60,344 bases of DNA from Chromera velia (lineage: Eukaryota): contig JAHBMJ010000006.1 in assembly GCA_018398765.1 (NCBI GenBank), positions 1-60,344 on the forward strand. The letters run 5' to 3'. Below are positions 50,933-60,344 of the stretch, piece after piece (position 1 is the stretch's first letter; the number at the start of each line of letters is the position of its first letter). The translations under genes and the position numbers were made by a program. Below the pieces are notes generated by a model. That model searched no databases. It was not told where the DNA came from and worked only from the letters and a program-made list of their open reading frames with translations.

Positions 50933-52693
50933 ATGGGATTGTTTCGAAAGCTTCTTCGAGTCCTCGCCCCTATCGTGCGAATCTTCTCGGCCACCACGCC
51001 TTTCGGCGCCTTGCTTCAAGCTTCCCTCACGGCTGTCCAGATGGTTGCCCCCAAGGCTTCCCCCCTGGTGCGCATTGTTCTGACGCTTTCAAGTCCCGAG
51101 ACTGCTGTCTCGAAGGCTCTTAACAGTGTTGTGACTGCCGCCTCCGCGCTTGATCCCAAGGTCAGGGCTGCTCTGTCCGTGGCTACTGGCGCGGGTGGCT
51201 GGGGAGACGGACCTCTGGAGGACGAGAAAGCAATTTTGGAGGCAGTGGAAAGAGTTGCAAGCAACGTCACCAATGTCTTCATCCTCGTGAACAAAAATAC
51301 AGCGGCACAGATAGCCGCCGACATTTCAGCCCTCTCAGGGGCTACTGGTAGCGTTTTTGACATTTGGAGCTGCACAGGAGGTGTGGAAGCGCTCAGTTTG
51401 GGTGACTTGATGGGTGCTGACGCCGGGACAGTCCCTCTGAGGAGCGCCAGCGGCTCGGTTGGAAGTGGAGTTCCCAGCACGGCCTTGGGTCATTTCCCTA
51501 TGTCTCCTTCTGGCACCCCTGGGGGGATTGGGATGGTGCTGAGTGGTTGGAGCTCCTGCAACTCGGCTTTCTCGTCTGATACTGAAACGCACCAGTCTTT
51601 GGTAAAGAGGGGCCCAATCCAGTCCTTCTACGGGGCGAACGTGATTGCCGGTCCCAATACCTTTCTCTTTGGGGGTGACGATCCGTCGCAGTCTGTCCTG
51701 AGTTCAGTGCAGCTACCCCAAGGCACCGAGGTACCCGCGTTGAAGCCCTGGCAGTTTGTTGTATGCAACGGAGGTGAAAAGTATCAGTGGGGCGGGTACG
51801 AGGGGTATGAGTGGGGTCACCCGAAGTGGATGGACTTCACAACCAATGACGCAGAACTCTGGTCTCTGACAGTTGTGGGCTCCAAGCGCACAATGGAGAC
51901 ACACTATGGATCACTCTCAGTCGCGTGCAATGAGCTGAGCTTCACATTGAAGCCTGCAGGCGATAGCCTCTCAGTTCAGCTTGAAGAGAGTGTTCGGAAC
52001 TTCGTTGGGGGCATCAAGGATGGAGACTACATGGACACAGTGATCGCCCAGACAAGAACTCTGTCTTCCACTGTGGGGCGAGGAGAGGCCCTTGTCGTGG
52101 ACTTCGACAAACCTGCCAACCAGGCGGTAAGCAAGGAAACAGATGAACCAGGATTGCATCTCCCTAAACCCAGTGCGTGTGTCGGCAACGTGTGTGCTCG
52201 TCCCGACTGGTCGTTCAACGATCGCCGCATGGGGATCCAGGTGGGAGGGGGCCAGCGGTGGTGGGGAACCGGCGTGATGCCCGAAGAGGGGAACGCTATG
52301 TACCTGTCCAGCGTTCAGATAAGACCCATTGTGTACGACGGCACAACGATTATCATCAAGGGCACCATCGACCACAACCCCGACTTCAAAATCAAGGTGA
52401 GGGTAAGCTTCGCGGACAACAAGCTTACAGTTCGTCTAGATCTGGTCGCGAAGACCAAGCAAGGCAACAATGCAGTCTCTGCCCTAGTGGGTGGTGGTGT
52501 TGCGATTCCCCTCCTCATCATGTTTGGTGGAGGCGTCGCAGGGGGGGTCGGAGCGGGGGTCCGGGTGCCTGCAGCAAGGGGGTTCGTTGCAACTCCTGCT
52601 TTGCGTGCAATGCTCGCCAACATCCGAGCGTATGTTGGAGAGGTTCTGCTGTCTCTTGGCCTGCCAGGGATTGGGCTTGCTCCCGGCAACTAG
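50933..52693 (+). CDS. Intronless 586-aa hypothetical protein, amphipathic N-terminus and hydrophobic Gly-rich C-terminus
   Basis: Long uninterrupted ORF of normal complexity from ATG to TAG; no family recognised. Confidence 0.8.
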   Translation: MGLFRKLLRVLAPIVRIFSATTPFGALLQASLTAVQMVAPKASPLVRIVLTLSSPETAVSKALNSVVTAASALDPKVRAALSVATGAGGWGDGPLEDEKAILEAVERVASNVTNVFILVNKNTAAQIAADISALSGATGSVFDIWSCTGGVEALSLGDLMGADAGTVPLRSASGSVGSGVPSTALGHFPMSPSGTPGGIGMVLSGWSSCNSAFSSDTETHQSLVKRGPIQSFYGANVIAGPNTFLFGGDDPSQSVLSSVQLPQGTEVPALKPWQFVVCNGGEKYQWGGYEGYEWGHPKWMDFTTNDAELWSLTVVGSKRTMETHYGSLSVACNELSFTLKPAGDSLSVQLEESVRNFVGGIKDGDYMDTVIAQTRTLSSTVGRGEALVVDFDKPANQAVSKETDEPGLHLPKPSACVGNVCARPDWSFNDRRMGIQVGGGQRWWGTGVMPEEGNAMYLSSVQIRPIVYDGTTIIIKGTIDHNPDFKIKVRVSFADNKLTVRLDLVAKTKQGNNAVSALVGGGVAIPLLIMFGGGVAGGVGAGVRVPAARGFVATPALRAMLANIRAYVGEVLLSLGLPGIGLAPGN

Positions 52694-53299
52694 ACCGGCA
52701 CGTCATAGGGGTCCGTGCTAAGTAGGGGAGTCTAAGGGGACCCAGGAGGCAGGGAGAGGGCGTCAGTCTATTGCAGGCTGGTGAGGTTCTGAAGGTATGC
52801 ATGTGGAAAAGGCCAATCTGGCTGTCACACCGGTAAGGAAATGCTGAAGTGGATGGAGGGATTAACAGTAATTAACAGCTCTGTTACAACAGAGACTAAA
52901 ATTAAAATTTGAATGCAATGCATTCAATGCATGAATGCATCCTCAGAGGCTTAGGCTAGACATCATAACTTGAAGGTATACACTTTACACATTGCATTAT
53001 TATTATTATTATCACCATCATCACATTAGTTTTACACAGCCTCATACAACCTATAATGTGTTCATAATAAATTGATATTTAAATCAATCAAGTGCGATTC
53101 AGTGTAATTTAGTATATTAACTATACAAAATGATTTTGGTAATGGTGATACTAGTAGTGATAGTGAAATATGTAAAATTTGTACATGAGAGAATCTAATG
53201 TATACAATACACTAGAATTAATTGTTACATTGTGATAAATGCTTTTAACCTAGCTTTTAACTACTTTTAACTAGCTTCTCCTAGCTACTCCAGGTACTC

Positions 53300-53519
53300 C
53301 TAGCTCCCCATATGTAAAAAAATAAAAAAGTTAATTGCCTAAAATCACCTTTACTTTTTATTTTTTTATTTATTTTTTTGAAGCAGACACTTCAAGTTCA
53401 AAGCTCAAAGCCCAACTGTCAACTGACGCACATTGTCGCATAAAAATAAAAAAACAAAAAAACTAATTCAAGTTTTAACTAAAATTTATTTATTTATTTC
53501 TCTATGTATGGAGAGCTAG
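53300..53519. mobile_element. Small degenerate MITE with TIR CTAGCTCYCCATA
   Basis: ctagctccccata ... tatggagagctag; similar to 42658..42966; no clear TSD. Confidence 0.45.
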
Positions 53520-53617
53520 CTTAAAGCTCCTCTAACATGCAGGTACTAGCTGAACTGTAGCCTAAACAACTAGCTGAACGAACCTTTATTAGCTAGGTTA
53601 GTAATACATATATGCTT

Positions 53618-53669
53618 AGACTGCCCTTTACCATTGGGACACGATGGCTGGCAGGTTAAGTCACATCAT
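53618..53669 (+). repeat. LINE 3'-end fragment (stem-loop + CAT tail) matching 20537..20587
   Basis: agactgccctttaccattgggacacgatggctggcaggttaagtcacatcat versus reverse-strand agactgccctttgccattgggatacgatggctgccaggtttagtcacatcatcat. Confidence 0.85.
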
Positions 53670-53687
53670 TTTTTTTATTTTTTTTTT

Positions 53688-56600
53688 TACATCTCTGATT
53701 GCTCTGATTGCTGTAAAAAACTGCCCTGATTGCTCTGATTCTCTGTAATCTGACACTTTTCTGGTCTTTTGAAGCCTAAAAATAGAGGACAACGGGGCTC
53801 GTCAATAATTGGAACCCATCTCCCTGTTCGATCTTTTCCTGTTGCTCTCTCCGGCTCCCTCTGTCGGTGATTGTCACCCCCTGCTCCCGCCATGACTGAT
53901 GAAAAGCCGCCCTCGTTGAGTGACATATTGAAAGGGCTCCAAGGACTAGCGTTGTCCTCGGAGGAAATAAAAAGGGATACCGCTGTCATCAAAGCGGATA
54001 TGCAAAAGATGAATAGCGATGTCCACAAAAACTCATCTACCATCACTGAGATCCGTACAGACCTCGACGAGGTCAGAGTTAGGATGTTGCAGGACTGGTT
54101 GGAAAATGAAAAGAAAAGCAAGAGGGAGATGAGGGGGTAAGGAGTCATCCTGGGGATCAACTTGCAGGAAGTGGAAGTTACTAGACCAGATGGTCGGCGT
54201 CTCCGCAGCGCTCCACAAATTCGGAGACCTGCTTCCCCCCTCCGAGTCTTCCTGGATCGTTTATGTACGATTGCTCAGTACGACTACCCTGACTGCATCA
54301 CAGAGTGGACCGTGCAGAGATTTTATCCTACACAGAGATCGTGGGGGGGGGAGCAGTTTAAGAAAATACAGTACCGCTCTGAGCTCTCCATGCCCGAGGG
54401 TGATATCGAAGAGCTCGTCCTCATGTTCGACCTTGCAGTCGACCGAGTGGGAGAATACCAGGATGGGCGTTTGTTGGGAGTACCACTTACCTCCCTCACT
54501 ACAGAAACAGGAAGGAAGGTGGAGGATTCGATAGTTCGAATAGTGAGTGCTTCTTCACCTGTCTTGAGACTCATAAATAGAGTCAGGGCAGCTGTGAAAG
54601 CGCAGTCTGAGGGACTAGCGTCTGTCGGTCAGGACAAACTCGCGACTGCACTCGAGCCGGTCTGCGAGGATTATTTCAAAGCGATGGGCCCACCACTGAA
54701 ACTTGCAAACCCGCCGCGCGAGTGCAATGACGATGGGATGATAGTGCGGCTGTACCAGTTTATGGTCGATTGGCGAGCCGGAAAGTATAGGGGTCTGTGG
54801 GTTGCCGATGTCCACCGTCAGGACAACGGTGAGGCCATTGTGACACACACCGCTAACCGTCTCAGCTTCCGCCCGACACCCCCACCAGCAGGAGGTGGAT
54901 TCGGGAAGAGAGGGATCTGCAGGGGGAGTGAGAAAGAGTCAAAGCATGTGAGCAGGCTCGACAAAGAGTCTCTTGAGGGCACGGGGAGACGTCGCCTGCC
55001 GTTCTCTCACGTTGGCGACGATCAGACGGGAACGGGTTGGGGGGGTAGACCTCTGCAGCAGCAGCAACAGGTCCACAAGGCAGGAGGCACACCGGAGACG
55101 GCTCAGTCCCCTCAGGCCGTGGCAGGGCACTCAGCACAGAACTATGACGGAGGGGGGAGTGCGCAGCACTTCGATTTGACGAGGGCGGATAGACGTGTCT
55201 CGATAAAAAACGGAGAGGGCTTTTCTTCCTTGCCGGAAGATGAAAAAATGGAAGGAGGCGGTGGAGGGGCGACAGCGACGGCAGCACCAGCCCCAGGCGT
55301 ACCGCTGGTAAGAGGGAAAGGGGGTTCTCCTTCTTCTTGCTCCAGAATCAACCCGAGTGTCACAGTGACACCATCGCCCCCTTCTCTTCTCCCCTCCTCC
55401 CTTTTGTGCAGATGTGATCAATGCCTCAGAAGACAGGAACTTGGGGACAAGACCCTCAGGGAAACGGGGATTCCTGGTGAAGGGCCTCGGCCGTCGGAAT
55501 TACATGCATGCGCCCCCCCTCTCTCTTGTCTTTATGATGAATGCGACAGCAACCCTGGACTGCCTCCTCTCTGCTCCCTCCCTCCTCCCCCAGGCTTTGT
55601 CCCTCGATGGGACGGTCTTCCCCAGGCGAGTCAGGCATTTGTGGGACTGAGGAAAGAGGATGAATGGAGGACAGTCAGGAGGGAAAAGAAGGGACGACAG
55701 GCTGCATGCTCGGGGGGGCGTCATTCTCACACTCTTTCTTTTTCTCAGCTAGACAATGCACATGAGGACATACATAGACAGGTCTCTTTCTCCCCATCTT
55801 GTTCATCTCTCCCTGCCACCTCTGCCCTGTGTAAGAACAGACAAGCCGACCGGGGTGGAAGACAAGATGATGAAGGGAAGCCAGAGAGGAAGAGACAGAA
55901 GAGAGTGCTAGGACGGTTCTCTCCCTCACCTCCTGTTCCACCGTCACGAATTCATGGACCTGTGCACAAGTCATCTTGCACCTAAAGCACGCCGGCCCTC
56001 AGGTCGGACAAATCAACAATACCCCCGGAGTCGGGGGCGCGCTTTGGCTGCACACTCTCACCCTCACTCATGGTCTCTCTCCCCTTCACCAACTCTCCCG
56101 GCTCTGTCACCAAGACTGTCCCCGTACACACCTCTCTCCCTCCATTCATAGACAGCCCGCCACCCACAGACACTCCACCACCAACTGACACACCGCCACC
56201 ACCTTCCCCTTGGAAAAACAGAAAGGGCAGGACTAGAATATACAAAGAAAGGCGAAGGGTGAAACAGACCGAAAGACGAAGAGTGAGGAAGGCAAAGGAA
56301 GAAACGGAAAGACAGAAGAGAGAGAGAGAGCGGGATCTCTCTCGCCATTTGAAAGAATGGAGCTACTCTTTCTCTCTTTTCCTCCCTGAAAGAACCTTTC
56401 CTCCTTTTTCCATCCTTCTATCTGATACATGCCTCTTTCTCTTTTTTGTACGAATGTGGGGGGCGTTTGAGGGGTGGGGCTTACGAGACAACGCCACCAA
56501 TTCACGTTCATCTAACCATACACCGACTCTTCCACCTCCTGTACAAACTCATTGCCTCCTTTCACCACGCACACATACGGATCACCAAACACACACACCC

Positions 56601-59600
56601 CTATCCTCTCACATGTTCACAAGTAAGACAACATGCACGGACACCCCCATCTCCACTCTCATTGACGATAAATCCCGCGCCTCCTCCACGCTCAGTCACC
56701 AGTGTGCAGTCCCTCCTATCCCCCCTCTCTGCCCTTATCCATCCACACCCACCCCTCTCTGCGCTGGCCTCTCACCCCCAGCGACCTGCACAGAGACGAT
56801 AGAGAGAGAAGAAAGACACATCAACGCAATGCCCCTTCCACCTCACCCCTTACCCCTTCACACCCACTCAACCTATACGCATCTCACCCAATACACAGCA
56901 GGAGGGGGGGAGCAGCAGAAGGAGAAGAGACAAGAGGGTAAGAAGTCAGCACCCCAGCGGGAGAGAAAGAAGGTAAAGGGAAAAGAAGAAAAGAAAGACA
57001 GGTCCGACTCATCAGAAAAAGAAAAAGGAATGAAAGGGAACGATAGGGGCGGAGGAAAGAAAGGAGGGCCGCAGAGCTGCTGCAGTTGTCGGGATGTTGG
57101 TGGGGGTGTGTGTGTTGGCTGCCCGTATGCGAGGGCAGGGACTGCATGCAGAGACTGCAACCCATTGAAGAAGGGACTGTGCAGGAATTGGGATGGGAAA
57201 GGAAAAGAAAGAAAAAGAAAGAAAGGAGATGCAGGGCCTTTCCCCCCCCCCGCTGCCCCTCCCTCTTCTTCGACTTCCGCTTCCTCGTCTTCTTCTTCTT
57301 CTTCCTCTTCCTCTTCCATTTCTTCCTCCTCATCCTCCTCTTCTTCTTCTTCCTCTTCTTCTTCCTCTTCTTCCTCCTCTTCATGTTCCTCTTCCTCTTC
57401 TTCTTCCTCTTCTTCTTCCTCTTCCTCTTCCCCTCCTTCTTTCTCTTCCTCTTCTTCCTCTACGCCCCTTCACTGCTGTCCATGTAATCCGCACGCAGCC
57501 TGTGTGACCGTTGCCTGCCCGTGTATTCGAAAAGGCGAGGGGTGTGTTTCGTGCGCCCCCCTCCAGAAAGGCAACTGCAAGAATCAGGACGGGAAAGGGA
57601 GAGAGAGATGTTTAAAGAAAAGCAATTCTTCCGCTGTCCCTTCTTCCTTATCGTCCTCTATTTTGTCGTCCTCCCGAGTTTTGTCTTCGTCTTCTTCCCT
57701 ACCCTCGTCCTCCACCAACACCGCGTCCCTTGCCGCTCTTCTCTCTATATATACTTTGAGGGTTGGAACGTACAACGTCGGAGGGTTGGGAGGGAAACTA
57801 AATGATGGATCCCTTCTCTCTTTTCTTTTGACTGTCGATATTGCCATACTGACGGAAACAAAAATGCCGACCACCAGAGTTAAGGTGGGAGGTTTTGAAG
57901 GAGAGAATTTCTCATACCGCGAGTGGTTCAGAAGAAAGATGAACGTGCACGCTGCAGCCAGAGATAAGAACATAAGCACAGGGGGGGTGGCCATTTTGGT
58001 GCGTTCCTCCCTCATTGGTCAGTATCGTCCCACGTGGGAGCTGGTGGCTCCCAGCGTGGTAAAAGTTGTCTTGCGGGGAGTCTATCTGCCTTTCTATCCG
58101 GAGCCTGACGTTCCTGTGTCTTCCTCCCCTTCTGTTTTGCATGTTTTCGGGTATTATTGGGTTGGGGTCAATTCATATCAGAGAGGTGAGATAGAGCAGA
58201 GAGCGAGAGAAAGGGAATTATTTTTGGATGCACTCTGTTCGGTGCCACTTGAGCATGGGAGAGTGGTGATGGGGGATGCAAATGCGCATGTTCGGACGGA
58301 AATGCCCAAAAGAGTGACTTGGGTGCGTGACCCAGAGGCTGAGGAGTTGGAAGGTAGAGAAGATTTTCTAGTAAAAGGGTGGGAGAGGCGAAGCCAGTGC
58401 AGAAAGCCAGTGGTGACTGAGCAAGGGAAAGCGGTCTTGCAGATGTGTGAGCAGTCTAACATGCTCATCTACCACGGCTTGAGCAGAATCTCGCAAGGNG
58501 AGAGAGAGATGTTTAAAGAAAGGCAATTCTTCCGCTGTCCCTTCCTCCTTGTCGTCCTCTATTTTGTCGTCCTCCCGAGTTTTGTCTTCGTCTTCTTCCC
58601 TACCCTCGTCCTCCACCAACACCGCGTCCCTTGCCGCTCTTCTCTCTGTATATGCTTTGAGGGTTAGAACGTACAACGTCGGGGGGTTGGGAGGGAAACT
58701 AAATGATGGATCCCTTCTCTCTTTTCTTTTGACTGTCGATATTGCCATACTGACGGAAACAAAAATGCCGACCACCAGAGTTAAGGTGGGAGGTTTTGAA
58801 GGAGAGAATTTCTCATACCGCGAGTGGTTCAGAAGAAAGATGAACGTGCACGCTGCAGCCAGAGATAAGAACATAAGCACAGGGGGGGTGGCCATTTTGG
58901 TGCGTTCCTCCCTCATTGGTCAGTATCGTCCCACGTGGGAGCTGGTGGCTCCCAGCGTGGTAAAAGTTGTCTTGCGGGGAGTCTATCTGCCTTTCTATCC
59001 GGAGCCTGACGTTCCTGTGTCTTCCTCCCCTTCTGTTTTGCATGTTTTCGGGTATTATTGGGTTGGGGTCAATTCATATCAGAGAGGTGAGATAGAGCAG
59101 AGAGCGAGAGAAAGGGAATTATTTTTGGATGCACTCTGTTCGGTGCCACTTGAGCATGGGAGAGTGGTGATGGGGGATGCAAATGCGCATGTTCGGACGG
59201 AAATGCCCAAAGGAGTGACTTGGATGCGTGACCCAGAGGCTGAGGAGTTGGAAGGTAGAGAAGATTTTCTAGTAAAAGGGTGGGAGAGGCGGAGCCAGTG
59301 CAGAAAGCCAGTGGTGATTGAGCAAGGGAAAGCGGTCTTGCAGATGTGTGAGCAGTCTAACATGCTCATCTACCACAGCTTGAGCAGAATCTCGCAAGGG
59401 GGGGACAAGGGAAGTGGGTGGAGTTCCTTTTCTGACCAGTGCACTTTCATCAATGTCACAGAAGAAGACATTCAGAACGAAGGGAAAGGGGAGGGGACGG
59501 TCATTGACCTCACTTTGGCAGATCCATCCCTTCTCCTCACACAGCCGTCCTTATACACCATCCCTATCCCCGAGGGTGCAAGTCACCATCGCGCGGTTGT

Positions 59601-59815
59601 CTTGGCACTTGGACGGCAGCAGGATAGAAGGACAGACCACAGCAGCGAGGGAGATCCAAACCGCAGAAGTGCCCGTCAGGGAAAGGCACCACAGCCAATG
59701 AGGTCAACCCCTATGACAGACACAGACCTTTTCTGGCTAGCATCCAGAGTGAAGGCTTTCAGTGACCAGTCATGGGCCGAGCTCTGGGGGTGCGGGGAAG
59801 AGAGAGCACAGGTGA
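53688..59815 (+). mobile_element. Non-LTR retrotransposon, 5' portion: one long frame (coiled coil, Cys clusters, Ser linker, APE endonuclease); no RT in the window
   Basis: ORFs 53871, 54162 and 56070 share one frame, broken only by TAA at 54138 and 55983. Endonuclease motifs TYNVGGL, DIAILTETK, GGVAILVR, VMGDANAH, VIDLTL, SHHRAV are clearly homologous to the 23580..24520 endonuclease. Confidence 0.85.
57600..59399 (+). repeat. ~900-bp direct duplication of the endonuclease N-half, joined at a single N (58499)
   Basis: 57601..58498 is repeated at 58502..59399 with about a dozen substitutions; the junction base is an N. Confidence 0.9.
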
Positions 59816-60344
59816 TCTGCCTCATGCCTCCTCCTCTTCCTGCACCAAACATACATGTGAGATTTCGAGTAGAAGGACTGCTCTTCCACTGAACACAGTG
59901 CTGCCGCCTACTAGTACAGTGCGGAGATGGTTGGGACATACGTTACAGCTGTCTGAAGTAACGCGATTTCTAAGGTAACACTAATTGTCCCTGTTCTCAA
60001 GGCAGCGTTTGGCCAAGAACTCAAGATTTTCACGATACACCTGTAGGCAATTGTCTTACCTTCAGGGGCAAGGTGCGGTTTGTTTCGTAAGCGGAACTGT
60101 AGGCAGAAAGGTAGACACTCTCCCGGAAGTCCGCTTGAAAGTAGGAGCTGTAGCTTTGCGCAATGAGTGGACAGTGGGACGACGAGTTGGGAGCACTGCC
60201 GGCCATTCCGGTGGACAGGGAGGCAGCCCTCCGGATGCGTGGGCAGGCGGGTTCCGCGCAGGGAAGGAGAAAGGCAGTTGTGGTGGAGATGAGGGACGGA
60301 GAGAACATGCAGGCGGCGCTGGAGAGGGCAAGGGCGGGGTTGGC

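Noticed and set aside
54138..55985. In-frame TAA/TAG as evidence of a ciliate-type genetic code
   Set aside because: Host genes here end normally at TAA/TAG (EF-Ts, PNGase, orphan); internal stops are confined to decayed repeats.
57600..59399. Endonuclease duplication as a real double-endonuclease element
   Set aside because: The junction is a single N and shifts frame, which is typical of scaffolded overlapping contigs or merged paralogous copies; long reads are needed.
59900..60344. Short ORFs at the window end
   Set aside because: Truncated, with no recognisable motif.

Overview
Eukaryotic, intron-rich genomic DNA with GT-AG introns full of (CA)n/(GA)n/(CAGG)n microsatellites. Its style suggests a chromerid alveolate such as Chromera, which is an inference only. 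Host genes: a micro-exon coiled-coil gene (-), a signal-peptide ankyrin-repeat protein (+), a low-complexity gene (-), mitochondrial EF-Ts (+), a membrane-anchored class I SAM methyltransferase (-), a 4-exon peptide:N-glycanase with unusual extra domains (+), and a head-to-head pair. That pair is an NSF-like AAA+ ATPase apparently ending in an F5/8-type C (discoidin) domain (-) and an intronless 586-aa orphan with amphipathic/GxxxG ends (+), separated by a dense TGCATGCA cluster. Roughly 40% of the window is transposon-derived. Two related APE-endonuclease non-LTR retrotransposons carry different modules before the endonuclease: tandem chromodomain-like repeats plus a NAC-alpha-type UBA in one, tandem CXC/CRC-like Cys clusters in the other. 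There is also a nest of non-autonomous DNA transposons with 8-bp TSDs, mostly CTAG-terminated, one carrying an OTU-like protease ORF. Repeats show near-exclusive C>T/G>A decay. All domain calls are by-eye motif recognition, not database searches.
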